DNA of 64,000 nt from Bacteroidota bacterium (GTDB taxonomy: Bacteria; Bacteroidota; Ignavibacteria; Kapaibacteriales; HRBIN21). The notes under the pieces were generated by a model, which did no database searches, was not told the origin of the DNA, and saw only the letters and a list, made by a program, of their open reading frames with translations. A program made the position numbers and the translations under genes. Shown piece by piece: positions 1 through 10,525 of this stretch (positions within the stretch are counted from its first letter, which is position 1; every line of letters starts with the position of its first letter). The stretch covers positions 69,571 to 133,570 of the forward strand of contig JAUQPR010000003.1 of assembly GCA_030550275.1 (NCBI GenBank). The letters run 5' to 3'.

Positions 1-564
1 CTCATCTACGTCAACACGCGCAACATCCTCTTCATCTGCGGTGGGGCGTTCGAGGGGATTGAGCGGATCATCGCGCGCCGGCTCCGCCGCAATACCATCG
101 GCTTTACAGCAACGCCGAGCGCCGCCATTAACCCCGACGACACCTATGCCCTGCTCCGGCAAATCGAGCCAGACGACCTGCTCAAATTCGGCTTCATTCC
201 CGAGTTCATCGGGCGGCTGCCCGTGATTGCCCCGCTGCATCCGCTCGACGAGGCAGCACTGATGGAGATTCTGCAGCGCCCCAAAAACGCCCTGGTCAAG
301 CAGTACCAGAAGCTCTTCCTCATGGAGGGGGTGGAGCTGGTCTTCGAGCCGGAAGCCCTTCAGGCGATTGTCCGGCGGGCAATTGCGCGTGGGACCGGCG
401 CACGCGGGCTCCGCGCCATCATGGAGGAGGTCATGCTGCCGATTATGTTCGAGCTGCCCTCACACCCCGACGTTCGCCGCTGCGTCATCACTGCCGAGAC
501 GGTCGAGAAGGGCGCTCCCCCGCGGTACGAGCGCTACAGCAGCGACGAAGCCCTCTTCGGCTGA
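1..564 (+). CDS. clpX: ATP-dependent Clp protease ATP-binding subunit ClpX, C-terminal part (5' end lies outside the window)
   Basis: Frame +1 is open from base 1 ([21 protein letters not shown]...) with no start codon in the window. C-terminal ClpX motifs are present ([19 protein letters not shown]). Stop TGA at 562-564. Confidence 0.85.
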   Translation, partial: LIYVNTRNILFICGGAFEGIERIIARRLRRNTIGFTATPSAAINPDDTYALLRQIEPDDLLKFGFIPEFIGRLPVIAPLHPLDEAALMEILQRPKNALVKQYQKLFLMEGVELVFEPEALQAIVRRAIARGTGARGLRAIMEEVMLPIMFELPSHPDVRRCVITAETVEKGAPPRYERYSSDEALFG

Positions 565-568
565 AGCC

Positions 569-3500
569 CTACGGGGCATACCCGCGGAGCTCGTCGTCGT
601 TGTCCTCGCAGTGGTAAAGCCGGCGCCGCTGCTCCTTGGGAGCTGCGGGTGGTTCTCCTTGGCGCAGTGCCTGCAACGCGCGCTGCTCCAGCTGCTGCCG
701 GAGTTGGGCATCCCGCTGGCGAAGCTGCTCATCCCGCACGCGGTCAAAGTAGCAGCGCCCATCAACGTAGGTCTGTTCGACCACCGAGCGTGTCGAAAGC
801 GGTGGACCCGACCATAGCACGATATCGGCATCCTTGCCCACCTCGATGCTACCGACGCGATGGTCCACGCGCAGCATCCGCGCGGGATTGAGCGTTACGA
901 ACTTGAGCGCCTCCTCCTCGGAGATACCGCTGTAGCCGACGGACTTGCCCGCCTCCTGTGCCAGACGGCGCCCCATTTCGGCATCATCGCTGTTGATGGC
1001 AACCAGCACCCCCTGCTCGTGCATGATGGCGGGATTGTAGGGGATGGCGTCGTAGACCTCGAACTTGTACGCCCACCAATCGGAGAAGGTGGACGCACCA
1101 GCGCCGTGCCGTGCCAGCTCGCGCGCCACCTTGTAGCCTTCTAGTACATGGGTGAAGACGTTGACCCGGAAGCCGAACTGCTCCGCCAGGCGCATGAGCA
1201 TGAGGATCTCACTCTGCACGTACGAGTGGCAGTGGATGAGCCGTTTGCCCCGAAGGATCTCCAGCAGCGCCTCCAACTGCAGGTCGCGGCGCGGTGGGAT
1301 GCTCCGTTGGCGCTCCCGTTCGGGCAATGCCCGCCAGCGTTGCCATTCGGCTTCATACTCCAGCGCCGCCTGGAAGGCATCGCGCATGATCTCCTCCACG
1401 CCCAACCGCGTCTGCGGATAGCGCCGCGTGAAGCGGTCGCCCCAGTTGGATTGCTTGACATTCTCCCCCAACGCGAACTTGATGGTCGCCGGTGCGCCTT
1501 CGAACTTCAGCTCCTCCGGTTCAGCGCCCCACCGGAGCTTAATGAGCTGGCACTGCCCTCCGATGGGATTTGCCGAGCCGTGTAGCAGATGCGCTGCCGT
1601 CACCCCACCGGCGAGCTGGCGATAGATGTTGATGTCGTCGGGGTCGATGACATCCCCGATGCGCACCTCTGCCGTGACGGCATGGGTTCCCTCGTTGACT
1701 CCGCCTTCGATGGCGATGTGGGAGTGCTCATCGAGGATGCCTGGCGTCAGGTGCTTCCCCGTTGCGTCAATCACCGTATCGGCACTCTCCTTCAACCCAC
1801 GCCCGATAGCGGCAATCTTCCCCCCGCGGATGAGCACATCGGTGTTCTGCAGCACCCCTGCTGGCGAGCACGTCCACACCGTTGCATTCCGGAAGAGCAC
1901 AGCGCGCTGCGGCGGGGGCGACGGCAACCCGTACGGTCCGTTTGGAAAGACCAGCGGAGCAAGCGCGTACTCCCGCTGTGGCACCTCCGGCGGCGCGGGA
2001 GAGAACAGAGAATCCCGCCGTGCCTGCCAGGAGAGCGTGCGCCCATCGGGGAGGAGCAGCTGCCCGACCAGGAGGGAATCCCGCAGTTCGGCACTCCACC
2101 GTAGAACGCCGCTGATGCCCAAGCTATCCCCACTTGCCGTGAAGAGCAGCCGATTCCGCTGGAGCTGTACCGAGGCGCGCACCTGGGCTTGTCGGGCAAG
2201 CAGCGTCAGCTCCGGGGCGGAACGCTTGCCCGTGATGCGCAGCCGCAGCGTATCGAGCCCGGGAATGGCGGTGCTCCACACACCGCGCAGCTCCACCCGC
2301 ACGGTATCGCCGAGCGGAAACTCCTCTCCCGCCACGAAGATGCTCCGCAGCTCCGTCTCCGGGGCAAAGAGCTCCCCATCGCACAGGAGAAGGTTCGCCA
2401 GCTTGCCGGGCTCGATACTGCCCACGATATCGGACACACCGAGGAAGTCCGCCGGCTGGGTTGTCAGTGCTGCCAGGGCACGCTCCGGCGACAGCCCACG
2501 CCGTAGAGCTTTGCGCAAGCGCTCCCAGAAGGCGGAGCGCTCCTGCAGCCCGTGTGTTGTGAAGGCGAAGGGGATGCCCACCGAATCCAGCCAGAAGGGA
2601 TTCTGCGGAGCCGCGTCCCAATGGCGCAACTCCTCCAGCGACACCTCCAACGCCCGCTCCGGAGCCCTGACATCGGGGACATCGGGGAAGTTCACCGGTA
2701 GCAGAAGGCGCGGACGCAAGCGCTGCAGAACGGGCAGGCGACGGTACTCCCGTCCGCTCCCCACATAGAGCACCGGGAGTTGGAACTCCTGTAGGAGGCG
2801 AATCGCCCGCAGCAGCGTGCGCTCATTCTCGGCGTGGACCACAAAGGGGATGCCCTGCTGGAGCGCTGCAGCGAGCGCCTCCAAGGAGATATTGACCTCT
2901 GGGCGAGGCTGCCGCGGGTTGCGCCGATAGGCATCCCAAGCGCTGCGGTACCATTGGGCATCCAGGAGTGTCTGCCGCACCAGGGCAATCGCCCCCATGA
3001 GCGAACTGGGATACGGCGTACGGGAGTTGCCCTTGCGGAAGCCCAGCCACTGCGCCACACCCGCGCGGAGCACAATCGCCGGCGCAGTTCCCGCGCGCGC
3101 CAACACCAGCGCCGAACTTCCGCGGAAGATACCCTCCTCCGAGCCGACGTGCAGCACGGCAAAGCCCAAAGCACGGAACTGCTCTGCCTCGCGCTCCGAT
3201 AGCTCAAAGCGCTCCTCGATCCTGCGCTCCGGGCGCACCGCTTCGTTCCAATGCCGTGCCCCTTCCGGTGGCGGTGCAACGGGCTCATCCCACTCCCCGG
3301 GATTTGCAGTATCGCGCCGCCGCGCCACATATGGCTCCACAAACGCCGGATACACCCACAGCCCGGAGCAATCCCGCAGCGTCGCCCCCGGCGGGATCGG
3401 AATGCTCACCCCAACGGCTTCGATCCGCTCATCCCGAATGAGAACGGTCGCCCGCTCCAGCCGCTGCCCCGGTTTGGGCACCACCGTTGCGTTCGTCAGT

Positions 3501-3610
3501 GCAATGAGGCGCACGGGCTTCTCCCGAACCCCCTCACTGGGTGCCGTTCCCTTGAGCTGCGCCAGAAGCTCAAGGCTCAGCAGCAGAACTGCAGCTCCCC
3601 ATCGCCACAT
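569..3610 (-). CDS. Large exported amidohydrolase-family protein (about 1014 aa, tandem metal-dependent hydrolase domains)
   Basis: ORF 569..4141 trimmed to the ATG at 3610-3608 ([18 protein letters not shown] signal peptide). Upstream of that the translation is low-complexity and would overlap metK. Amidohydrolase motifs are present ([10 protein letters not shown]..., [16 protein letters not shown]..). Convergent with clpX with a 4-bp gap. Confidence 0.7.
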   Translation of the reverse strand: MWRWGAAVLLLSLELLAQLKGTAPSEGVREKPVRLIALTNATVVPKPGQRLERATVLIRDERIEAVGVSIPIPPGATLRDCSGLWVYPAFVEPYVARRRDTANPGEWDEPVAPPPEGARHWNEAVRPERRIEERFELSEREAEQFRALGFAVLHVGSEEGIFRGSSALVLARAGTAPAIVLRAGVAQWLGFRKGNSRTPYPSSLMGAIALVRQTLLDAQWYRSAWDAYRRNPRQPRPEVNISLEALAAALQQGIPFVVHAENERTLLRAIRLLQEFQLPVLYVGSGREYRRLPVLQRLRPRLLLPVNFPDVPDVRAPERALEVSLEELRHWDAAPQNPFWLDSVGIPFAFTTHGLQERSAFWERLRKALRRGLSPERALAALTTQPADFLGVSDIVGSIEPGKLANLLLCDGELFAPETELRSIFVAGEEFPLGDTVRVELRGVWSTAIPGLDTLRLRITGKRSAPELTLLARQAQVRASVQLQRNRLLFTASGDSLGISGVLRWSAELRDSLLVGQLLLPDGRTLSWQARRDSLFSPAPPEVPQREYALAPLVFPNGPYGLPSPPPQRAVLFRNATVWTCSPAGVLQNTDVLIRGGKIAAIGRGLKESADTVIDATGKHLTPGILDEHSHIAIEGGVNEGTHAVTAEVRIGDVIDPDDINIYRQLAGGVTAAHLLHGSANPIGGQCQLIKLRWGAEPEELKFEGAPATIKFALGENVKQSNWGDRFTRRYPQTRLGVEEIMRDAFQAALEYEAEWQRWRALPERERQRSIPPRRDLQLEALLEILRGKRLIHCHSYVQSEILMLMRLAEQFGFRVNVFTHVLEGYKVARELARHGAGASTFSDWWAYKFEVYDAIPYNPAIMHEQGVLVAINSDDAEMGRRLAQEAGKSVGYSGISEEEALKFVTLNPARMLRVDHRVGSIEVGKDADIVLWSGPPLSTRSVVEQTYVDGRCYFDRVRDEQLRQRDAQLRQQLEQRALQALRQGEPPAAPKEQRRRLYHCEDNDDELRGYAP

Positions 3611-3727
3611 CAGGCAGCCCGACCACTGTACTACGAGCCCACAAAAATAGGGCATCCTGCCGGCTGCGGCAAAACTTGTAGCTTTGCGACTTGTGCGAAG
3701 TGTTCCGTCAGCTCTTGCCAACGGGAG

Positions 3728-4888
3728 ATGCGTACGTACCTTTTTACGTCCGAGTCCGTCTCCGAAGGGCACCCGGACAAGCTCTGCGACCAGGTCTCCG
3801 ATGCAGTGCTGGATGCCGTGCTGGAGCAGGATCCTCAGGGGCGCGTTGCGTGCGAGTGCTTCGTGACAACGGGGCTGATCGTCGTCGGTGGCGAGCTCAA
3901 CACCACGGCGCATCTGGACCTGCCGCCCCTGGTGCGCTCGGTCATTCGCGATATCGGCTACACCAGCCCGGCATATCGCTTCGACAGCGAATCCTGCTGC
4001 GTGCTCAACGTGCTCAACCGCCAATCCCCCGACATCGCTTTGGGAGTGGACCGAGGCGGTGCTGGCGACCAAGGGCTTATGTTCGGGTACGCCTGCCGCG
4101 AAACCCCTGAGCTGATGCCGCTCCCGATCATGCTGGCGCATGCCCTGGTCCGCCGTCTGGCGCAGTTGCGCAAAACACAGCCCTCCCCGATGCCCTACCT
4201 GCGCCCGGATGCAAAATCCCAGGTCACCGTCGAGTACGCCGAGAGCGGGGAGCCCCTACGCGTGGCTGCCGTGGTGGTCTCCACCCAGCACGACCCCGAT
4301 GTGGACCAGGAGCAGTTGCGCCGCGATGTCATCGAGCATGTCATCCGTGCAGTTATCCCCGCTGAGCTGCTCGACGAGCGCACGCGCATGTACATCAACC
4401 CCACCGGGCGATTCGAGATCGGGGGTCCGCACGGGGATACTGGGCTGACGGGGCGCAAGATTATCGTGGACACCTACGGCGGGCGTGCTCCGCATGGTGG
4501 TGGGGCATTTTCGGGCAAGGACCCCACGAAGGTGGACCGCTCGGCAGCCTACATGGCGCGCTACCTTGCCAAGAACATCGTCGCGGCAGGATTGGCTCGG
4601 GAGTGCACCGTGCAGCTCTCCTATGCCATCGGCATTGCCGAGCCCATCTCGCTTCACGTCAACACCCATTGTAGTGGGACCGTCCCACCGCAGGAGTTGG
4701 AGCACTTCATCCGCACGCACATTGACCTGACTCCGACGGGCATCATCGAGCGCTTCCAACTCCGGCGTCCCATCTACCGCCCAACGGCTGCGTACGGACA
4801 CTTCGGTCGCGCGGAGTTCCCCTGGGAGCAGTTGGACCTGGTGGAGGAGCTCCGCCGCTACTTTGGCACGCATGTTCCACAGTCGTGA
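3728..4888 (+). CDS. metK: S-adenosylmethionine synthetase
   Basis: ATG at 3728 within ORF 3251..4888. N-terminus [30 protein letters not shown] and motif [19 protein letters not shown] are classic MetK. 386 aa. Confidence 0.92.
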   Translation: MRTYLFTSESVSEGHPDKLCDQVSDAVLDAVLEQDPQGRVACECFVTTGLIVVGGELNTTAHLDLPPLVRSVIRDIGYTSPAYRFDSESCCVLNVLNRQSPDIALGVDRGGAGDQGLMFGYACRETPELMPLPIMLAHALVRRLAQLRKTQPSPMPYLRPDAKSQVTVEYAESGEPLRVAAVVVSTQHDPDVDQEQLRRDVIEHVIRAVIPAELLDERTRMYINPTGRFEIGGPHGDTGLTGRKIIVDTYGGRAPHGGGAFSGKDPTKVDRSAAYMARYLAKNIVAAGLARECTVQLSYAIGIAEPISLHVNTHCSGTVPPQELEHFIRTHIDLTPTGIIERFQLRRPIYRPTAAYGHFGRAEFPWEQLDLVEELRRYFGTHVPQS

Positions 4889-4895
4889 GCTGAGC

Positions 4896-6203
4896 ATGTC
4901 TATCCCTCCGCGCCGCTCCACCGAGCCGCTCGATGAGCGTCCGGGGCAGTACTGTATCCGCAGCCTTGCGCTGGCTCCCGAAGGGTACAAGCTCATCGAA
5001 TGGGCAGAAGCCCATATGCCTGTGCTCATGGAGCTGCGGCGCCGCTACTCGCAGAGCAAGCCCTTTGCCGGCTACCGCATCGCCGGCTGCCTGCACGTGA
5101 CAAAGGAGACAGCTGTGCTCATCCGCACCTTCGTTGCTGCCGGAGCGGAGGTTGCGTGGTCAGGCTGCAACCCACTTTCGACCAATGACGCCGTTGCCGC
5201 CGCATTGGCTGCCGAGGGCATCCGCATCTTCGCCTGGCAGGGGAACCTGGAGGACTTCTACTGGTGCATCGAGCGCACGCTGGATATCGAACCGCATCTG
5301 ACGTTGGATGACGGCGCCGACCTCATCACCACCGTCCACGAGAAGTACCCAGAGCTGGCGCAGCGCATCATCGGGGGAACGGAGGAGACCACCACCGGCG
5401 TTATCCGCCTCCGTGCGCGTGCGCGGCAGGGCAAGCTGCTCTACCCCGTCATCGCCGTCAACGACGCTGAGACCAAGTGGGATTTCGACAATGTCTACGG
5501 CACTGGGCAATCCACCATTGACGGCATCCTCCGGGCAACCTCGGTGATGCTTGCGGGCAAGGTATTCGTCGTTGCTGGCTACGGACATTGCGGCTCCGGC
5601 GTTGCGCGCCGCGCGCGCGGGATGGGCGCTCGTGTCATCGTCACCGAGGTCCGCCCAATCGCTGCCCTCAAAGCCGTCCTGGAGGGCTACGAAGTGCTCC
5701 CCATGGACGAAGCCGCCCGCATCGGGGACATCTTCTGCACCGCGACCGGCATGCGCGATGTCCTCCGCCGCCACCACTTCGAGCTCATGAAGGACGGGGC
5801 GATCCTGTGCAACACCGGGCACTACGACGTTGAAATCAACCTGCAGGAGCTCGAAGAGCTCACGCTTCGCAAGCGCGAAATCCGCCCGCACTGCACCGAG
5901 CACACGCTGCGCAATGGCAAGCGGCTGTATGTGCTGGCACAAGGGCGGCTGGTCAATCTCGCTGCCGCCGAAGGGCACCCCTCCGAGGTCATGGACATGT
6001 CCTTTGCGAACCAGTTCCTGGCGCACCTGCGGCTGGTCGAAGCCCATCAGCGTGGAGAGACTCTGCCGCGCGAGGTGCTGCCCATCCCCAGCGAGCAGGA
6101 TGAGCTCATCGCCCGAATGAAGCTGGAGACTATGGGCATCCGCATTGACGAGCTCACCCCAGAGCAGCGACAGTACCTGGACGAATACCTGGCAGGAACG
6201 TAA
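4896..6203 (+). CDS. ahcY: Adenosylhomocysteinase (S-adenosyl-L-homocysteine hydrolase)
   Basis: ORF 4863..6203. The internal ATG at 4896 lies just after the metK stop. NAD-binding VAGYGHCGSGVARRARGMGARVIVTEV, HxTKETAVLI and the C-terminal DEYLAGT-type tail are typical SahH. Confidence 0.9.
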   Translation: MSIPPRRSTEPLDERPGQYCIRSLALAPEGYKLIEWAEAHMPVLMELRRRYSQSKPFAGYRIAGCLHVTKETAVLIRTFVAAGAEVAWSGCNPLSTNDAVAAALAAEGIRIFAWQGNLEDFYWCIERTLDIEPHLTLDDGADLITTVHEKYPELAQRIIGGTEETTTGVIRLRARARQGKLLYPVIAVNDAETKWDFDNVYGTGQSTIDGILRATSVMLAGKVFVVAGYGHCGSGVARRARGMGARVIVTEVRPIAALKAVLEGYEVLPMDEAARIGDIFCTATGMRDVLRRHHFELMKDGAILCNTGHYDVEINLQELEELTLRKREIRPHCTEHTLRNGKRLYVLAQGRLVNLAAAEGHPSEVMDMSFANQFLAHLRLVEAHQRGETLPREVLPIPSEQDELIARMKLETMGIRIDELTPEQRQYLDEYLAGT

Positions 6204-6204
6204 G

Positions 6205-7098
6205 CTACAGCCCCGCCTCGCTCCGGCGATACGCCAGGGCACCCGGGAAATGTACCAGTTGCAGCCGCGCGTCCATCCCGGTCAAGGTCTCCGTGCCGCC
6301 GACGAAGAGATATCCTCCCGGCACCAGGGCATCCACCAAGGACTGAACCACACGGCGCCGCACGTCCGGGGCAAAGTAGAGCAGCACATTGCGGCACAGG
6401 ATTACGCCCATCGGCGCCATCTGATGGACCGCATCGGTATTGACCAGATTCAGCACGCCGAAGCGCACCCGCTGCCGAAGCTCTGGAATCACCTCCAGCT
6501 CCGGACCGTAGCGCACGACGTAGGGCTCGTACTCGGCGGGGATCCGCACCGTTGCCGCCGGATAGCGCCCACGCTGTGCCTGTGTAATGGCATCGGTGCT
6601 AACGTCCGTGCCCCAGAGCTCGAGCTGCTCTGAGAGCATCCCGTACCGGTGGAGCACCATTGCCAGCGAATAGGGCTCCTCGCCTGCTGCACAGCCGGCA
6701 CTCCAGAGGCGCAGCGGTAGTCCACTGCGCTGCAGTTCCGGCACAATCGTTCGCGCGATCGCTTCGAAGTGCTCCGGGGTGCGGAAGAAGGCGCTCTCCA
6801 AGACCACAATCGCGTTGAGCATCTCCTGCTGCTCGCGCAGCGCTGCTGCGTCGGTGCCGGTGACGTAGCGCAGGTACTCCTCAAAGCGCTGCAGCCCCAG
6901 CGCCCGCAGGCGGCGCGCCAACCGCGCCTTGAGGAAGTACTGCCGGTTGTCGGCAATCCACACGCCGCTGAGCTGGTAGATAAACTGCCGCAGCTGCAAA
7001 AACGTGCTCTGCCCCAGCGGGGGCTCCTCCTTCGCTGCTTCAGCAAAGGGGACGAAGGCTTCCGGAGGCGTGAATCGAAGCATCGCCCATACCTGCAT
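6205..7098 (-). CDS. cheR: Chemotaxis protein methyltransferase CheR (SAM-dependent)
   Basis: CheR N-terminal helical domain (LRQFIYQLSGVWIADNRQYFLKARLARRLRALGLQRFEEYL) and methyltransferase core (LRLWSAGCAAGEEPYSLAMVL). Alternative start at M6 (7083). Stop is 1 bp from the ahcY stop. Confidence 0.8.
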   Translation of the reverse strand: MQVWAMLRFTPPEAFVPFAEAAKEEPPLGQSTFLQLRQFIYQLSGVWIADNRQYFLKARLARRLRALGLQRFEEYLRYVTGTDAAALREQQEMLNAIVVLESAFFRTPEHFEAIARTIVPELQRSGLPLRLWSAGCAAGEEPYSLAMVLHRYGMLSEQLELWGTDVSTDAITQAQRGRYPAATVRIPAEYEPYVVRYGPELEVIPELRQRVRFGVLNLVNTDAVHQMAPMGVILCRNVLLYFAPDVRRRVVQSLVDALVPGGYLFVGGTETLTGMDARLQLVHFPGALAYRRSEAGL

Positions 7099-7107
7099 TG
7101 CCGTGCC

Positions 7108-8004
7108 CTACTGCGCTGTGGGTTCACCCTCGGAAGTATCGGCGTCCGCCAGAGATTCTAAAACGATCCGCATGCCATCGCTGGAGAAGCGCACCCCGAC
7201 AAGGTCCGAGGGCACCTGGTAGACGTTGCCCCGAATGGCAATGATGGTCTCGGCGGGGACCAGCTCGCGCACCTCGATGCGTGCCCGGCGGCTCCCCACA
7301 CCGTAGTAGCGCTGTTCCAATTCGTGGAGCCACTGCTGAAGCCGCTCATGCTCCCTCTGCAGCGTCCGCAGCCGCTCCTCCGCCTGCGCATATCGCCGAA
7401 GCGCCATACACTCCTCCAGCTGTCCCTGCAGAGTACGGAGCTGCTGGCGCACCTGCTGAAGCTGCTGCTTCCAGTACTCCTGCTCGAGTTGCTGCACATA
7501 GGGCAGTCCAACCGAGAGCACGGGCGCGTGCGCCCCAAAGGCACCGCGAAGCTGCCACAAGCGAATCGTCTCGGCTGCCACGACCTGCCCACCGTAGAGC
7601 ACCGCCTGCTCCGCCTCGACCCGAAAGGCGTGCAACACGCTCATGCGGGCTTCCACCGCCAAGCGCAACGTCCCGCGCACCACCACCTGCGAATGGATTG
7701 CCGAATGCAGCTCCGCATCCCCAAGCGCAACGATGCTCGAGCGCGAGCACCAGCCCGCAATCCGCACATTGCCGTGCACCAGAAGCTGGCAGTTGAGAAC
7801 GTCGCCGTCGCAGACGAGATCGCCCTCAACTTCGGCAGCAAGGTTCTCCAGCGAGGTCTCCACGTGCAGCTCCCCCGAGTGGAGCACCCCAAAGGCGTGC
7901 GCGGCATCCCCGGAGGGTTGGGGCTCCTCCTGGAGAACCTCCGCGCGGAGATGCTTCCACAGCAGCGCCTGCAAGCGCCGAGCAAGTTCAGAGGGGAGTT
8001 CCAT
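7108..8004 (-). CDS. DUF342 / FapA-like beta-helical protein with C-terminal coiled coil
   Basis: Repetitive beta-helix-like segment (EVEGDLVCDGDVLNCQLLVHGNVRIAG...VVVRGTLRLAVEA) followed by a Q/L/R-rich coiled coil. The start abuts the regulator stop (8004/8005). Family assignment is by resemblance only. Confidence 0.4.
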   Translation of the reverse strand: MELPSELARRLQALLWKHLRAEVLQEEPQPSGDAAHAFGVLHSGELHVETSLENLAAEVEGDLVCDGDVLNCQLLVHGNVRIAGWCSRSSIVALGDAELHSAIHSQVVVRGTLRLAVEARMSVLHAFRVEAEQAVLYGGQVVAAETIRLWQLRGAFGAHAPVLSVGLPYVQQLEQEYWKQQLQQVRQQLRTLQGQLEECMALRRYAQAEERLRTLQREHERLQQWLHELEQRYYGVGSRRARIEVRELVPAETIIAIRGNVYQVPSDLVGVRFSSDGMRIVLESLADADTSEGEPTAQ

Positions 8005-9471
8005 CTACCGAGGTCGGAATTCCGACGGTTTGATGCCGTACTGCTTCAGCTTGTACTGGAAGGTCTGCCGAGAGAGCTGCAACAGTTGCGCTGCGCGCGA
8101 GACATTCCCCTGCGTCAGCGCAAGGGTTTGGCGGAAGAGGTCGCTCACCACCGCGTGGTATGGTGCTCCCTCCTCCGATAGGCAGAGCAGATGCTGCCCT
8201 GGGGGTAGCCGCAGCATCGCCAGCGTTGGCAACGCTGCTCCCTTCCGTGGGGAGTCCGCCTCTTCGGCACGCGCCCGAAGGAAGCTCAAGCTCTCGTGGG
8301 TGATGACCTCACCCTGTTCGAGCAACACCGCCCGTTCGATCGCATTGCGCAGCTCCCGGACATTCCCCCGCCACGGGTACGACAGCAGCAGCGTGACCGC
8401 CTCCGGCGTAAACCCTGTGATGCGCTTGTTGAAGCGGCGATTGAACTCGTTGACAAACGCGGTCGCCAGGGGTAGGATATCCTCCGGGCGCTCCCGCAAC
8501 GGCGGAATGTGGATGACAGCAACGTTGAGCCGGTAGTAGAGGTCCTCTCGGAACTTCCCCTCGCGCACCATCTGCTCCAGGTCGCGGTTGGTGGCTGCGA
8601 TGACTCGGACGTCAACGTGCACCTCCTCGCGCCCGCCCAATCGGTAGAAGCTGCGCTCCTGCAGCACTCGCAGCAGCTTGACCTGCAGCTCCAGCGGCAG
8701 CTCTGAGATCTCATCCAGGAACAGCGTCCCGCGGTCTGCCTGCTCGAACTTGCCCGGGTGGAGTTTTTCAAAGGCTCCGGTGAAGGCACCGCGCTCGTAG
8801 CCGAAGAGCTCGCTTTCGGCAAGTTCACGCGGGATTGCGCCACAGTTGATCACCACAAAGGGTCCGGAAGCGCGCGGGGAGTTCCGGTGGATGAAGCGCG
8901 CAAACAGCTCCTTGCCCGTGCCCGTCTCGCCCGTGATGAGCACCGTCGTATCCACAGGAGCGAAGAGCTTCGCCTGGCTGAGCGCCGAACGGAGGCTCTC
9001 CGAGACGGCAACGATATCGTAGGGATGCTCCAGGCGGAGCTGCTCCTCCAGCAGTTGAGCGTGGCGGCGCAGATCGTAGTTGCGCAGCGCGCGCTCCAGG
9101 ATCAGCTCCAACTGCTCCAGGTCTATGGGCTTGACGATGAAATCCTCCGCCCCCAGCTTCATCGCCCGCACCGCCATTTTGACGTCGGAGAAGGCGGTGA
9201 TGACCACCACAGGGGCTTTGAAGCCCTCTGTGCGGAGCTGCTCGAGCACATCCAAGCCGTTGCGCTCCCCCAGGAAGATGTCCAGCAGCACCAAGTCCGG
9301 GCGCAGCCGAGGCAGCTCCGCCAGCGCCGTCAAGGCATCCGGAATCCAGTAGACCCGGCGATAGCGCAGCTGGAGGTAGTTCTCCAGGGAGGCGCCCACG
9401 GTAGGGTCGTCCTCGATGATGAGAATCGTGTAGTTAGCCACGCCTGTCTGCGCAAGGGTCTCCGGCGGCAT
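8005..9471 (-). CDS. Sigma-54-dependent two-component response regulator (NtrC/FlrC family)
   Basis: ORF 8005..9663 trimmed to ATG 9471-9469 ([10 protein letters not shown].. then ILIIEDDP receiver). AAA+ sigma-54 activator motifs are present: [37 protein letters not shown]-terminal HTH ([26 protein letters not shown]). Confidence 0.85.
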   Translation of the reverse strand: MPPETLAQTGVANYTILIIEDDPTVGASLENYLQLRYRRVYWIPDALTALAELPRLRPDLVLLDIFLGERNGLDVLEQLRTEGFKAPVVVITAFSDVKMAVRAMKLGAEDFIVKPIDLEQLELILERALRNYDLRRHAQLLEEQLRLEHPYDIVAVSESLRSALSQAKLFAPVDTTVLITGETGTGKELFARFIHRNSPRASGPFVVINCGAIPRELAESELFGYERGAFTGAFEKLHPGKFEQADRGTLFLDEISELPLELQVKLLRVLQERSFYRLGGREEVHVDVRVIAATNRDLEQMVREGKFREDLYYRLNVAVIHIPPLRERPEDILPLATAFVNEFNRRFNKRITGFTPEAVTLLLSYPWRGNVRELRNAIERAVLLEQGEVITHESLSFLRARAEEADSPRKGAALPTLAMLRLPPGQHLLCLSEEGAPYHAVVSDLFRQTLALTQGNVSRAAQLLQLSRQTFQYKLKQYGIKPSEFRPR

Positions 9472-10525
9472 CTTCGTTGCCTGCGATCGGCAGTCGGACA
9501 ATACACCTGGTGCCAAGACCGGGGGTGCTCTGGATGAGCAACTGCCCGCGGTGTTGTGCAATGATACGGCGAGCAATCGGAAGTCCCAGCCCCGTGCCGT
9601 TTGCCTTGCGCGTGAAGAAGGGCTCGAATATGCGCTCCAACTCCTCCGGGGCAATCCCCACACCGTTATCCTCGATGGTGATGACGACCATCGGGGGCTC
9701 CTCTGCCGTATCCAGCTCCGTGTGCAAGCGGATGGTGCCGCGCTCAGGGATGGCGTCGGCAGCGTTCGTCAGCAAGTTGACAATCGCCTGCTGCAACTGC
9801 CGAGCATCGGCGTAGATGGGCGGAAGCTCCGGAGCATAGTCCCGCTGGAGCTGAATGCTCTTGCGGTAGAACAGCGTCTGCAGCAACTGAATTGCTTGCT
9901 CCAACAGCTCGTGGACATCCTGGCGGCAGATACACTGTCCGGAACTGCGGGCAAAGGAGAGCGTGGAATCTACCAGCTCCCCAATCCGGCGTGCTCCGGT
10001 CAATGCCAATTCCGCCGCGGTGCGCTCTGGGGAATTCTCCGGCAGAGCTTGCCGGAGAAGCTGCAAATTGAGCTGGATAGCCGACAGCGGGTTGCGAATC
10101 TCGTGCACAATCCCGGCAAGGAGCTGCCCCAGCAGCGCGAGTTTGTCCGTGAGCACCAGCCGCTCAGCAATGAGCTGTGCATCGGTCTCCTCCAGCAGAG
10201 TTGCCCAGAGGTAGTGCTGCTGCTCATGGGCAAAGAGCCGTGCCCGTACCTCAAGTGTCGCGGTGGCGCCGTTGGGTAAGCCGATATGGAGCTCCGTGCG
10301 CACCGCGCTGGTGGGCTCGCGTTGGAGCAATCGGTACACTCGGCGGAACTCCGGCAGGGCAGCATGCTGCAACTCCTCCGGCGTAAGCTGCAGTAGCTCT
10401 GCGGCGCGCTCGGAGTACTCCACCACACGCCACTGCTGCGTCTCCAACACCAGCCAACCATGCACTGCATTGCGCAGCAGGGCACGGTACCACTCGGCTA
10501 CCCGAAGCGTTGCAGGCGGTGTCAT
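9434..10525 (-). CDS. PAS-domain sensor histidine kinase
   Basis: ORF 9434..11236 trimmed to ATG 10525-10523, which forms an ATGA overlap with the DUF58 stop. N-terminal PAS-like region; H-box LAGIVHEIRNPLSAI; HATPase motifs IEDNGVGIAPEELERIFEPFFT and GTGLGLPIARRI. Confidence 0.8.
   Translation of the reverse strand: MTPPATLRVAEWYRALLRNAVHGWLVLETQQWRVVEYSERAAELLQLTPEELQHAALPEFRRVYRLLQREPTSAVRTELHIGLPNGATATLEVRARLFAHEQQHYLWATLLEETDAQLIAERLVLTDKLALLGQLLAGIVHEIRNPLSAIQLNLQLLRQALPENSPERTAAELALTGARRIGELVDSTLSFARSSGQCICRQDVHELLEQAIQLLQTLFYRKSIQLQRDYAPELPPIYADARQLQQAIVNLLTNAADAIPERGTIRLHTELDTAEEPPMVVITIEDNGVGIAPEELERIFEPFFTRKANGTGLGLPIARRIIAQHRGQLLIQSTPGLGTRCIVRLPIAGNEDAAGDPCADRRG

Noticed and set aside
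3611-4141. N-terminal extensions implied by the ORF track (amidohydrolase to 4141, HK to 11236, RR to 9663, TBDR to 18354, cca to 43547, transketolase-N to 48328, mgtE from 58460, lipoprotein to 56213, HAD from 19787, GT4 from 22979)
   Set aside because: The extensions have low-complexity composition and would overlap neighbouring genes. In each case an internal ATG is followed by a signal peptide or the family's canonical N-terminus, often placed exactly at an ATGA/TAATG overlap with the upstream stop.
5160-6242. Long antisense or alternative-frame ORFs lacking conserved motifs and lying inside confidently called genes (e.g. 5160-6242, 10510-11748, 13186-14568, 14736-15779, 26252-27265, 27749-29929, 30681-31949, 42087-43226, 43830-44642, 44898-45734, 46343-47176, 50696-52159, 57961-58959, 59144-60187, 61142-62152)
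   Set aside because: In a 65% GC genome stop codons are rare in every frame. These ORFs have Arg/Ala/Pro/Gly-rich low-complexity translations and no domain signatures, and each overlaps a gene with clear family motifs on the other strand or frame.
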